A DNA stretch of 64,000 nucleotides from an uncultured Pseudomonadota bacterium (lineage in GTDB: Bacteria; Pseudomonadota; Gammaproteobacteria; Burkholderiales; SG8-39), in NCBI GenBank assembly GCA_963739205.1, contig CAVTZJ010000003.1, forward strand, positions 205,902-269,901, given 5' to 3'. The translations under genes were made by a program, and so were the position numbers. Positions 38,897-49,016 of this stretch are shown in pieces (within the stretch, counting starts at the first letter, position 1; each line of letters starts with the position of its first letter). The notes under the pieces were generated by a model. It made no database searches. It was not told the DNA's origin and worked only from the letters and a program-made list of their open reading frames with translations.

Positions 38897-40189
38897 ATGA
38901 GCTTCCACGTGAAGCGCATCCTGATAATCATGAACAAAGCCAGTCGTGAGGAGCCGATCATGGCTGCGATTCGCGACAGGGTGTTGGCTTTCGATTCCAA
39001 AATTGACGTTCGAATTGTCCGCTTTGAGGACGTGTTTGGCGACCTTGTGCTTGATTTCCGACCGAATGTAATTCTCACGTTTCCGCTCACCAGCATCGGT
39101 ACTGCTGACTTGCTCTATGTCTTCAAGTGGTACTGCGGCGCGGCGGTGGTGTCTTTGCGCGCCGAAGGTGTGGTCAATCCAGACTCACCAAGCAATATTG
39201 CCGACCATGTCGGCTACGACGAGTATGGACCTGAGTTAGTCGATTGGGAGGTGTTCTGGGGTCCAGGAATGGCCAACATCGTGGGTGCGATCCTTGTTGA
39301 GCGGAGAAAGCTTTCGTCCTCGCAAAGATTGCGATACTTCGGATATCCAAGGCTCGAGCGCTACTTCATGCAGAACGAAGAGAAATGTCTGAATGACGTG
39401 ACGCACTTAGTGAGCGAGGCGATACGCGCTTCCGGGAGGGAGCAATCCGTGCTGGTGGCGACGGGCTTTCACTTTGCCAATTACACGCGCGACGAGCTTT
39501 ATGCGGCGAAGGATCTTGACGCAGCCAGTCGGGAAGCAGAGCTGCTCGCGATGATTGAAGCCTCCAAAGTGTTTCGCCAGACCTGGATTGACGGCTTACG
39601 CCGCGCGGCGAACGAGCATCCAGAAGTCCAGTTCATACTGAAGAAGCACCCGAGCGAAAAGACGAACGACTATGCCAGTCTGCAAGGGCTCCCGAATCTC
39701 CTGTATGTGTCCCAGGACGTGGATATTGCAGATCTCATGGAGAGGGCTTCGTTGTTCCTTCACTACGGATCTACCACGCTCGCGGACGCCTACCTTGCGG
39801 GTGTGCCGTCGGTCTACCTGTACTCGGACGACGAGCGGTGCAGGCGGGTGTACAACGATATGGGTTGGCCTTCGACCGAGTCGCGCCGGGTAGTCGACAT
39901 CCCTTTGGTAATCAATGATTTTCTGTCGGGCGGAATTCAGTTTCGGAAGACGCCAGAGGTGTCAGCGCTTCTTGAGTATCACTTCAATATCCAAGAGGGA
40001 AGACCCTACCAACCATCGCGAGAGATTGCAGAACTGCTGCTCATGCCGGGCAAGCCGCAGAAGCCTTCTCCAAGTGACCGATACTTCAGGCGTGCCATAG
40101 CAAGGCACCTGTATCTGCGCGCACGTAGGGCGATTGGCCGGCTGATCAGGCGACTGCTCCGCCGTGCACGAGGTAAATCAGCGCTATGA
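38897..40189 (+). CDS. Hypothetical surface-carbohydrate protein with GT-B-like features; candidate nonulosonate transferase
   Basis: 430 aa, low-GC codon use. RAEG, FWGP, GYPRLE, LKKHP, HYGSTT, AYLAGVP motifs; follows the CMP-nonulosonate pathway genes. Confidence 0.6.
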   Translation: MSFHVKRILIIMNKASREEPIMAAIRDRVLAFDSKIDVRIVRFEDVFGDLVLDFRPNVILTFPLTSIGTADLLYVFKWYCGAAVVSLRAEGVVNPDSPSNIADHVGYDEYGPELVDWEVFWGPGMANIVGAILVERRKLSSSQRLRYFGYPRLERYFMQNEEKCLNDVTHLVSEAIRASGREQSVLVATGFHFANYTRDELYAAKDLDAASREAELLAMIEASKVFRQTWIDGLRRAANEHPEVQFILKKHPSEKTNDYASLQGLPNLLYVSQDVDIADLMERASLFLHYGSTTLADAYLAGVPSVYLYSDDERCRRVYNDMGWPSTESRRVVDIPLVINDFLSGGIQFRKTPEVSALLEYHFNIQEGRPYQPSREIAELLLMPGKPQKPSPSDRYFRRAIARHLYLRARRAIGRLIRRLLRRARGKSAL

Positions 40190-42035
40190 ATTCAAGCTTC
40201 GGACACTCATCGAACACTTCACCAATAGGGCGCGACCTTCCTTGAGATTTCTGATTGCGTATGTAGAACAACACCTGATCATCCGACTAGCGGCAGCAGC
40301 GATTTGCCTAGCTGCACTGGACATGGCGGGTGTGGCGGTGGTGTTCCCTTACCTGTCGGTGCTGACCGTTGAGTCCCCGGATGTTGGCGAGGGTTTGTTG
40401 GCGCGGCTCTATGTATGGACGGGTGCCGCGTCTCGTCAGCAGTTCCTCGTCGCAGTATCTGCGGCCCTGGCGGGATTCTTCCTTCTCAAGTTCGCGATCG
40501 CCTACCTCGCGAACCGCGTCAAATACCGGACCAACGCGCGCATCACCACCGGCCTGTCTGACGACCTGTTCAGGCGCCTGCTGGGCGCCGATTACTCGTT
40601 TCTCGCCAACCACAGCGTGTCCGAGATGACCGGCGTGATCAACGCCGAGACCATCCACGCAACGCTGTGCCTGGATGCGTGGGTCTCGATCGCGACCGAG
40701 GCCCTGTTTCTTCTGTTGATCCTCGCCACCATCACCGCAATCGACGTGCGGCTCGCCGCGCTGCTGGTGGCGGGCTTGGCGGTGCTTACCGCGATCCTCT
40801 ACGTCGGCGTGATCAGGCCGACAACGCGCCTGGGCGCCCAGCAGACGCAGATCCACCTGCGCCAGTACCGCTTCCTCTACAGCGTCGTCAACGCCCTGAA
40901 GGACATCAAGATCCTGGGCCTCGAGCGCGCATCCGAGGCGGAGCACCGCGACCTGAACACGCGCTACGCCGGTGCGATCGCCTCCTTCTACGTCTACCAG
41001 ACGCTGCCGCGCGCCGTTCTCGAGCTCCTGGTGATGGTGGGGCTGGTAGGCGCATCGGTGCTGGTGGTGCTGACCGACCAGGACCTCAAGGCGGCCGTTC
41101 CCGTGATCGGCCTGCTCGCCGTGGCCGCGTGGCGCGTGGTGCCCTCCTACAGCCGGATCATCGGCGCCTACGGCACCTACAAGTACTACAAGCCCTCGCT
41201 CGGCGTGGTGCAGCGCCTGTACGAGGACTTGGGCGGCGCGCAGGTGCGGCAGCGCGCCGCGCCGCTTGCCTTCGAGCATGCGCTGGAAATCCACGACCTG
41301 CATTTCTCCCACGGCGACAAGGCGGTGCTCGCCGGCGTGTCGCTCACGATCGCCAAGGGCCGTGCCATCGGCATCGTCGGCCTTTCCGGCTCCGGCAAGA
41401 CCACGTTCCTCGACGTGCTGGCCGGCTTGCGCCGCCCGCAACGCGGCCGCTTCCTCCTCGATGGCAAGGACTTCGATCCGTTCGAAGCCGATACCTTGCG
41501 CCGGCTGTTCGGCTACGTGCCGCAGAACGTCACGCTCATCGACGACAGCATCGCCTTCAACATCTCCTTCGAGCGCCAGCCGGACCGGGAACGCCTGGAG
41601 CGGGCGATGCGCGTTGCGCGCATCGACGAGTTCATCGCCTCGTTGCCCGAGCGATTCGAGACCCAGGTCGGGGAGAACGGCGTGCGCGTGTCCGGCGGCC
41701 AGAAGCAGCGCATCGGCATTGCGCGCGCCCTGTACCGCGACCCGCAGTTGCTCATCTTCGACGAAGCCACCAGTTCCCTGGACAACGTAACGGAACGCGA
41801 GCTGAGCGCGGAGATCGCGGGCCTGTCGGGAAGCAAGACGCTGATCATCGTCGCTCACCGGCTGAGCACAGTGGAGCGCTGCGACCAGATTCACGTCTTC
41901 GATCAGGGCCGCGTCGTGGGCAGCGGCACACATGCAACGCTGCTGCAATCCTGCCCCGAATACCGCGCCCTGTACCTGGCGCAGGAGCCGGGCACGGCGG
42001 ACGCGGACCAGGCACGCATGGCGAGGGCCTCGTGA
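40186..42035 (+). CDS. ABC transporter (fused TMD+NBD), PglK/WlaB/HepA-like glycan flippase; start probably hit by a 1-nt indel
   Basis: Multiple TM helices, GLSGSGKT, VPQN, SGGQKQRIGIARA, IFDEATSSLD, AHRL. The ATGA-coupled ATG at 40186 is one frame off the body. Confidence 0.9.
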
Positions 42036-42706
42036 TCCGGCGCGTTCTGCATCGCCTGCGGCGTGATTGGCACGCCGCGCGCGAAGCTGCCAACGCACGC
42101 AGGCGAAGCGCGAGGCGGCGCGCGCTCGAGCAGCGCCTCGCGGACAAGGGCATCCGCAAGCTGAATCTCGCCTGCGGCAACCAGAAAGTGCCCGGCTTCT
42201 TCGGCATCGACCTGGTGGACGGCGCGGACCTGCGCCTGGACCTGGCGCACATGGACCTGCCATTCCCCGACGCGAGCCTCGAGGCGGTGGTGTGCATGTC
42301 GGCGATCAATTACTTCACGCGCGCGCGCGCGCAGCAGCTGGTGCGCGAGACGCACCGCGTGCTGCGCGCCGGCGGTGTGTGCCGGATGGGCGTGCAGGAC
42401 ATGAAGTCGCTCGCCGAGCGCTACGTGCGCGGCGACCGGGAGCTCTTCTTTCAGAAACTTGCCGACGGCCGCGACCGCTTCGAGGGCCCGACCCTCGGCG
42501 ACAAGTTCGCGGCATGGTTCTACGGCTATGCCGTCGGCGCACACCGTTGCGAGTACTTCTACGATTTCGAGTCGCTCGCACATCTGTTCCGCGAAGCGGG
42601 CTTCAGCGTCATCGAGCGCAAGGCATTCCGCGAAAGCCGCATCGCGGAGGTCGAGCTGCTCGACAACCGCGCCGACCAGATGTTCTTCCTCGAGGCAATC
42701 AAGTGA
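42032..42706 (+). CDS. Class I SAM-dependent methyltransferase
   Basis: GTGA-coupled start. KLNLACG, LPFPDASLE, THRVLRAGG. Confidence 0.82.
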   Translation: MIRRVLHRLRRDWHAAREAANARRRSARRRALEQRLADKGIRKLNLACGNQKVPGFFGIDLVDGADLRLDLAHMDLPFPDASLEAVVCMSAINYFTRARAQQLVRETHRVLRAGGVCRMGVQDMKSLAERYVRGDRELFFQKLADGRDRFEGPTLGDKFAAWFYGYAVGAHRCEYFYDFESLAHLFREAGFSVIERKAFRESRIAEVELLDNRADQMFFLEAIK

Positions 42707-43923
42707 CCGCCGTGCCTTCCGTGCTGCAACGCGCACGCCGCGGCGCTCGCACCTGGCTGCACGCGGCAAAGAGCCTCGGTCCCGCCCAGATGTCGCTCGG
42801 CTTGCGCTACGCGATGAGCCTGCCGTTTCCTGCTCGCAGCGACCGGGAGCACCTGGAAGCGACCGTGCAATGGCTCTGCGCCGCCCACGACGCGGCCGGC
42901 GGCGACGGCGTGTCGGCCGCCTTCAGCCTGACGAGCGGATGGGACGTCGCCTACCCTGAAACCAGCGGCTACATCCTCGCTACGTTCCTCGCCTGCGGGG
43001 ATTACCTGGAGGATGCGACGCTGCCCGCGCGTGCGCGCCGCATCGGCGACTGGGAAATCGCCATCCAGGCGCCCAACGGCGGCGTGCTGTCGCGCCCGGG
43101 AAAGCCGGAAACGCGGGTGTTCAATACCGGGCAGGTGGTACTCGGCTGGCTCGCCTTGTTCGAGCGCACGCAAGACGCGCGCTATCTCGAGGCGGCGCGG
43201 CGCGCGGGCGACTACCTGCTTGGCCTGCAGGAGGCGGACGGCACCTGGCAGCGCGACACCTATTGCGGCGCGCGCACCTATCACGCACGCACCGACTGGG
43301 GCCTGCTCAGGCTCGCACGGCTGAGCGGCGATACCCGCTACGCCGAAGCGGCCCGACGCAACCTGCGCTGGGTGATGCGACAGCAGCAGGACAACGGCTG
43401 GTTCCGCAATTGCGGCTTCAATCAGGACGATCCGATCACGCACGTCATCGACTACACGCTGATCGGCGTGCTCGAGTGCGCGCTGCTCGAGCCCGGCGCC
43501 TTCGACCGCGGCCCGGCGGATCTGATTGCGCGCAGCGCGGAGGCGATCTGCGGCATCGTCGCGCAGGCCGGCATCGGCGGCATCGCCGGCATGATTCCAG
43601 CCTCATTCGACTCCAGCTGGCGCAGCCGCGACCGGGACTCGTGCCTGACCGGCAACGCGCAGCTCGCCTATACGCTGCTGCGGCTTCATGGCCTCGCGCC
43701 CAATCCGGGCTACGTCGCTGCCGCAGATTCGCTGATCGCGGCGCTCAAGGGCACGCAGGCGCTCGGCAGCGCGCCGGCCAGCGTGCGCGGCGCGCTGCCC
43801 GGAAGTTTTCCGATGCACAGCGGCTACCTCGCCAACGGCTACCCGAACTGGGGGGCCAAGTTCTTCGCCGACGCGCTGCTCGCCAGCCTGACGCGCGCGC
43901 GCCCGGTCGCGGTCGCCGCCTGA
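42703..43923 (+). CDS. Hypothetical alpha/alpha-barrel protein with QW-type (prenyltransferase/squalene cyclase-like) repeats
   Basis: QAPNGG, QEADGTW, QQDNGWF repeats; YPETSGY, VFNTGQV, LTGNAQ, YPNWGAKFFAD. Confidence 0.65.
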   Translation: MTAVPSVLQRARRGARTWLHAAKSLGPAQMSLGLRYAMSLPFPARSDREHLEATVQWLCAAHDAAGGDGVSAAFSLTSGWDVAYPETSGYILATFLACGDYLEDATLPARARRIGDWEIAIQAPNGGVLSRPGKPETRVFNTGQVVLGWLALFERTQDARYLEAARRAGDYLLGLQEADGTWQRDTYCGARTYHARTDWGLLRLARLSGDTRYAEAARRNLRWVMRQQQDNGWFRNCGFNQDDPITHVIDYTLIGVLECALLEPGAFDRGPADLIARSAEAICGIVAQAGIGGIAGMIPASFDSSWRSRDRDSCLTGNAQLAYTLLRLHGLAPNPGYVAAADSLIAALKGTQALGSAPASVRGALPGSFPMHSGYLANGYPNWGAKFFADALLASLTRARPVAVAA

Positions 43924-43935
43924 GAGAAAGTCCCC

Positions 43936-44670
43936 ATGGCCCTGCTCTCCTATCCCAAGCGACTCATGCACCGCCTCGGAAACCTCTACGCCAGGGAGAT
44001 CTGCCGGCGCGAATTCCTGGCCCAGGAATTTCTCGGCATCAACGAGCGGCCGGTCGAGTACCGGTTCGTGTTCGAGCAGCTCACCCAGGCCTTCCCGAAG
44101 ACCGTGCTCGACGTCGGCACGGGCAGAACCGCGCTGCCGCAGCTCATGCGCACTTGCGGCTTCCTGGTCACCGCCATCGACAACATCAGGGACTACTGGC
44201 CGAGCGGCATGGTCAATCGCCATTACCACGTCCTCGACGACGACATCCTTGCGCCCAATACCGGCGGGCCGTTCGATTTCATCACCTGCGTGAGCACCCT
44301 CGAGCACATCCGCGATCACGCGCGCGCGATGCGCAACATGCTCTCGCTCCTGAGGCCAGGCGGGCGACTGGTGGTGACGTTCCCCTACAACGAGAAGAGC
44401 TACGTGGAGAACGTCTACGCCTTGCCCGGCTCCATCGGCGCCGACAAGTATCCGTTCGTCACGCAGGTGTTCTCGCGGAACCAGCTCGAGCAATGGACGC
44501 GCGACGGCGGCGCGCAGATCGTCGCGCAGGAGTATTGGCGCTACTTCGACGGCGCGTACTGGACCATCGGGCGGCGCGTCGTGCCGCCGGTGCGGGTCGA
44601 CGCGGGCGACCTGCACCAGATTTCGTGCGTCGCGCTGGTGAAGGGCGCGGCCGCAGTCCGCGCGCCGTGA
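43936..44670 (+). CDS. Class I SAM-dependent methyltransferase
   Basis: NERPVEY, VLDVGTG, ITCVSTLEHI, LLRPGGRLVVTFP. Confidence 0.85.
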   Translation: MALLSYPKRLMHRLGNLYAREICRREFLAQEFLGINERPVEYRFVFEQLTQAFPKTVLDVGTGRTALPQLMRTCGFLVTAIDNIRDYWPSGMVNRHYHVLDDDILAPNTGGPFDFITCVSTLEHIRDHARAMRNMLSLLRPGGRLVVTFPYNEKSYVENVYALPGSIGADKYPFVTQVFSRNQLEQWTRDGGAQIVAQEYWRYFDGAYWTIGRRVVPPVRVDAGDLHQISCVALVKGAAAVRAP

Positions 44671-45875
44671 AGATCCTCTACCTGGCCAACGGCTTGCCGC
44701 ACTACTTCAACCTGGTTCTGAGCAAGCTCAACGCCACCCCGGGCATGGAGGTCGTCGTGGTCGCGCCGCGCGGACCTGGCCGGCACATCGGCGACGGCGT
44801 GTTCCAGTCGCGCGACGGGATCGGCTTTCGCATCATCGAACTGGAGGAATACGCCAATCGGCTGTTCGCGGGCTTCCGCGGCCTGCCCCGCCTGCTGTTG
44901 CGCGAGCGTCCCGACGTCATCGTGTTCCCGGAGTACCTGCTCACGGGATTCTTCCTGCACCCCGGGCTCGCGCTCGCGCGCATGCTCGTCGGCGCAAAGC
45001 TGGTGCAGAAGTCCATCCCGTTCCTGCTCCCGGATTACGAGACAGCGCGCAAACGGCTGCGCGGGCCCTTGCCGCGGCCTGCGACGCCAATCGGCAGGCT
45101 GCTACAAGCGGTCGGCCTGCGCGAGGTGATGCTGCGTGCCGCGCTGGCGCTGCGCGCCTACTGCTATCGCCGGCTGGCCGCGCACGTGAATTACGTCGAC
45201 GCGGCCAGGGAAATCTACGGCAGCTACGGGGTTGCGCCCGACCGGATCTGCGTGACGCGCAATTCGCCCGATACCGACGCAATGCGCCGCACCGAGGCCG
45301 CGCTGCAAAGGGCCGGCGATGCGCCGGTGCGCCTGCCTTTTCGCCTGCTGCACGTAGGGCGCCTGGTCACCGAAAAGCGCGTCAACCTCCTGCTCGAGGC
45401 CATGCCGCTGGTGCGCGCGCGGCTGCCGCAGGCGGAACTGGTGATCGTCGGCGACGGGCCGCAGCGCGCCGCGTACGAGGCGCAGGCCGCGCGGCTGGGC
45501 CTCGCCGGCGCCGTGCGTTTCGTCGGTGCCGTCTACGATCCGCTGGTGCTCGGCCGGCACTTTCTGTCTGCCTCGGTGTTCGTGCTGCCAGGACTCGGCG
45601 GGCTCTCCATCAACGAAGCGATGTTCTACGGCATGGCCATCGTCTGCTCCGCCGGCGACGGCACGGAGAAGTTCCTCGTGCGCGAGGGCTACAATGGCAC
45701 CTTCTTCCGCACCGACGACCGCGACAGCCTCGCCGAGGCGATCCTGAGGCTGATGGCCGATCCGCAGGAACTGCTGCGCATGGGTGCCCGCTCCCGCGGC
45801 ATCATCGAGCGCGAAGTCAACATCCACACCGTGATCGACGCCTACCGCAAGGCGTTCTCCCGCGCATGCGCCTAG
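44667..45875 (+). CDS. GT4 glycosyltransferase
   Basis: HVGRLVTEKRV, VGDGP, PGLGGLSINEAM, DGTEKFLV. Confidence 0.88.
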   Translation: MKILYLANGLPHYFNLVLSKLNATPGMEVVVVAPRGPGRHIGDGVFQSRDGIGFRIIELEEYANRLFAGFRGLPRLLLRERPDVIVFPEYLLTGFFLHPGLALARMLVGAKLVQKSIPFLLPDYETARKRLRGPLPRPATPIGRLLQAVGLREVMLRAALALRAYCYRRLAAHVNYVDAAREIYGSYGVAPDRICVTRNSPDTDAMRRTEAALQRAGDAPVRLPFRLLHVGRLVTEKRVNLLLEAMPLVRARLPQAELVIVGDGPQRAAYEAQAARLGLAGAVRFVGAVYDPLVLGRHFLSASVFVLPGLGGLSINEAMFYGMAIVCSAGDGTEKFLVREGYNGTFFRTDDRDSLAEAILRLMADPQELLRMGARSRGIIEREVNIHTVIDAYRKAFSRACA

Positions 45876-46996
45876 ACCGCCGGAAAATCCTCATCGTCGT
45901 GGGCACGCGACCAGAGGCGATCAAGATCGCGCCCGTGCTGCGTGCCCTGCGCAGCGCCGGGCACGCGGCGCAAGTGGAAGTCTGCGTCACGCGGCAGCAC
46001 AGCGAGCTGCTCGATCCGGTGCTCGAGCTCTTCGGCGTTCGCCCGGCGTTCGACCTGGCGCTGATGAAACCGAACCAGAGCCTCGCGGCCCTGACCTCCC
46101 GCGCGCTCGTCGCGCTGGACGAGGTGTACGCGTCGTTCGGCCCCGGCGTGGTGGTCGTGCAGGGCGATACCACCACGGCGCTGGCGGCCAGCCTGTCGGC
46201 GTTCTACCGGCGGCTGCCTGTCGCGCACGTCGAGGCCGGGCTCCGCACGGCCGACCTGATGGCGCCCTGGCCCGAGGAGCTGAATCGAAGGTTGACGGGC
46301 GTGATGGCGTCGATTCATTTCGCGCCCACGGAGCGGGCGCGGCAGAACCTCCTGCGCGAAGGCGTGGCGGCGGAGCGCATCCATGTGACCGGCAACACCG
46401 CGGTCGATGCCATCCTCAGCGTCGTGGAACGCCTGCGCGGGGAGGTGGACTTGCGGACGCAGCTGGAGCGCAAGTTTAGCTTTCTCGATCCGCAGCGGCG
46501 TCTGATCCTCGTTACCGGGCATCGCCGCGAGAGCTTCGGCGGCGGCTTCGAGCGCATTTGCGCAGCGCTCGCCGAGCTTTCGCGCAGGGCGGACGTGCAA
46601 ATCGTGTACCCGGTGCACCTTAACCCCAACGTGCGCGGCCCGGTGTTCGGTATCCTAGGCGGCTTGCGCAATGTGCATCTCATCGAGCCGGTGGACTACC
46701 TGGCGTTCGCTTACCTGATGACGCGCAGCCATCTCATCATTTCCGATTCCGGCGGCGTGCAGGAGGAGGCGCCATCGCTGGCCAAGCCGGTGCTGGTCAT
46801 GCGCGATGTCACCGAGCGGCAGGAGGCCGTGGAAGCGGGCGTCGTCAGGCTCGTCGGCACGGACGTCACGCGCATCGTCGGCGGCGCCGAGCGCCTGCTG
46901 GACGACGCCGCCGACTACGCGAACATGGCGCGCGGCATCAATCCGTTCGGCGATGGCCGCGCCGCCGAGCGCATCGCCGGCATCCTCGTCCAATGA
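45866..46996 (+). CDS. wecB: Non-hydrolysing UDP-GlcNAc 2-epimerase
   Basis: GTRPEAIK, QGDTTT, HVEAGLRT, TGHRRESFG, SDSGGVQEEAPSL, NPFGDG. Confidence 0.96.
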   Translation: MRLDRRKILIVVGTRPEAIKIAPVLRALRSAGHAAQVEVCVTRQHSELLDPVLELFGVRPAFDLALMKPNQSLAALTSRALVALDEVYASFGPGVVVVQGDTTTALAASLSAFYRRLPVAHVEAGLRTADLMAPWPEELNRRLTGVMASIHFAPTERARQNLLREGVAAERIHVTGNTAVDAILSVVERLRGEVDLRTQLERKFSFLDPQRRLILVTGHRRESFGGGFERICAALAELSRRADVQIVYPVHLNPNVRGPVFGILGGLRNVHLIEPVDYLAFAYLMTRSHLIISDSGGVQEEAPSLAKPVLVMRDVTERQEAVEAGVVRLVGTDVTRIVGGAERLLDDAADYANMARGINPFGDGRAAERIAGILVQ

Positions 46997-48252
46997 CTGC
47001 TTCCGATATGCGCATGCGAAAACTGGGCGTGATCGGCCTGGGCTACATCGGCCTGCCGACTGCGGCCTTGTTTGCCTCCCGGGGCTTCGAGGTCGCGGGA
47101 ATCGACGTCGCCGCCAACGTGGTGGACACCGTCAATCGCGGCGGCGTGCATATCGTTGAGCCGGGGCTCGACATCGCCGTCCGTTCCGCCGTCGCTTCCG
47201 GGTCGCTGCGCGCCTCGACGAAGCCCGAGCCCTGCGATGCGTTCATCATCGCGGTGCCGACGCCTTTCCGCGACGGTCACGTGCCGGACCTGCGCTTCAT
47301 CGAGGCGGCGACGCAGTCGCTCGCTCCCGTCTTGCGCGCAGGCAATCTGGTAGTGCTCGAGTCCACTTCGCCCGTGGGAACCACCCGGGACATGGCAATC
47401 GCGCTGCAGCGCCTGCGCCCCGATCTGCGCTTTCCGGCGCCGGGCCAGGCGGCCGAGGACGTTTTCGTGGCCCATTGCCCGGAGCGCGTGCTGCCGGGCA
47501 ACGTGATGCGCGAGCTGATCCAGAACGACCGGGTCGTCGGCGGCCTGAGCGCGCGCAGCACGGAGCGCGCGATCGCCCTCTACCGCAATCTGGTCGAGGG
47601 AGAGTGCGTCGCGACGGACGCCGAGACCGCCGAAATGGTGAAGCTGACCGAGAACGCGTTCCGCGACGTGAACATCGCGTTTGCGAACGAGCTGTCGGTC
47701 ATCTGCGGGCGTCTCGATCTGAACGTCTGGGACGTGATCCGCCTGGCGAATCGGCATCCGCGCGTGAACATCCTGCGGCCGGGACCAGGCGTCGGCGGGC
47801 ATTGCATCGCCGTGGATCCCTGGTTCATCGTGCACTCTGCGCCGCAGGAGACCAGGCTCATCCGCGCCGCGCGTGAAGTCAACGACGCCAAGCCGCAGGT
47901 AGTGCTCGACGAGGTCGCGCGCGCGGCCAAGGCTTTCGCATCGCCGGTGATCGCCTGCCTGGGCCTCGCGTTCAAGCCCGACATCGACGACTTGCGCGGG
48001 AGCCCAGCACTCGCCATCGTCGCGGAACTGGGCCGCGCCGGCCTCGGCCGGTTGCTGGTCGTCGAGCCCCATATCGGCGCGCTGCCGACGCCGCTCGCGC
48101 AGCTCGCCGGCCTCGAGCTGGCAGAGGTGAACCAGGCAGTGTCCAAGGCCGACATCGTGGTCTTCCTGGTCAATCACAGGGCTTTCGCGGCAATTGAGCT
48201 GGAACAACTGAAGGGCAAGTCGGTCGTGAACGCCTGCGGGTGGCGCCGGTGA
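46993..48252 (+). CDS. wecC: UDP-ManNAc dehydrogenase
   Basis: GLGYIGLPTA, LESTSPVG, HCPERVLPG, EMVKLTEN, GVGGHCIAVDPWF, AFKPDIDDLR. Confidence 0.96.
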   Translation: MTASDMRMRKLGVIGLGYIGLPTAALFASRGFEVAGIDVAANVVDTVNRGGVHIVEPGLDIAVRSAVASGSLRASTKPEPCDAFIIAVPTPFRDGHVPDLRFIEAATQSLAPVLRAGNLVVLESTSPVGTTRDMAIALQRLRPDLRFPAPGQAAEDVFVAHCPERVLPGNVMRELIQNDRVVGGLSARSTERAIALYRNLVEGECVATDAETAEMVKLTENAFRDVNIAFANELSVICGRLDLNVWDVIRLANRHPRVNILRPGPGVGGHCIAVDPWFIVHSAPQETRLIRAAREVNDAKPQVVLDEVARAAKAFASPVIACLGLAFKPDIDDLRGSPALAIVAELGRAGLGRLLVVEPHIGALPTPLAQLAGLELAEVNQAVSKADIVVFLVNHRAFAAIELEQLKGKSVVNACGWRR

Positions 48253-49016
48253 GCGCGCTCACGGCGGCGGTGCGGGGCTGGATACGGCGGCTCGGCGTGG
48301 ATGTCGTGCGCTACCACGGCTTCGGCCAGGAGCCGCTGCCCGCGGATTTTGACACCAAGGCCGCAGACATCATCCGCAGGGTACGCCCATACACGATGAC
48401 GTCGCCGGAACGCCTGTTTTCGCTGATCCACGCGGTCCGCTACGTGTCGGCGGCATCCATCCCTGGGGACGTCGTCGAGTGCGGAGTCTGGCGGGGCGGC
48501 AGCATGATGGCCTCCGCGCTGACGTTGCTGGAGTGTTCCGATACGCAACGCGAGCTGCATCTTTTCGACACTTTCGAGGGAATGAGCCCGCCCACCGCTC
48601 TCGACGTGACAGTAGACGGGCAGACGGCTAGCGACCTGCTCGCGTCGCCGCGCACCTCCGACCCCGAGTCCCCGTGGTGCTATGCGGGAATCGACGACGT
48701 GCGAGCCGCGATGTGCAGCACCGGGTATCCCTTGGAGCGCATCCATTACGTACAGGGACGGGTCGAAGACACTATTCCAGGAAACGTGCCGGCGCGGATC
48801 GCGATTCTGCGGCTGGATACCGACTGGTACGAGTCCACGCGCCACGAGCTGGAGCACCTATACCCATTGCTCAGCCCGGGGGGCGTGCTGGTCCTGGATG
48901 ACTACGGCCACTGGGCCGGATGCCGAAAAGCCGTCGACGAGTATCTGGACGCGCACGGCATTAAGCTTTTCCTCACTCGGGTTGACTATACCGGGCGCAT
49001 CGCCATCAAGCCCTGA
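48249..49016 (+). CDS. TylF/MycF/NovP-family sugar O-methyltransferase
   Basis: VECGVWRGGS, FDTFEG, LRLDTDWYEST, LDDYGHWAG. Confidence 0.93.
   Translation: MSALTAAVRGWIRRLGVDVVRYHGFGQEPLPADFDTKAADIIRRVRPYTMTSPERLFSLIHAVRYVSAASIPGDVVECGVWRGGSMMASALTLLECSDTQRELHLFDTFEGMSPPTALDVTVDGQTASDLLASPRTSDPESPWCYAGIDDVRAAMCSTGYPLERIHYVQGRVEDTIPGNVPARIAILRLDTDWYESTRHELEHLYPLLSPGGVLVLDDYGHWAGCRKAVDEYLDAHGIKLFLTRVDYTGRIAIKP

Noticed and set aside
40308-42263. 651-aa minus-strand ORF opposite the ABC flippase
   Set aside because: Antisense shadow frame.
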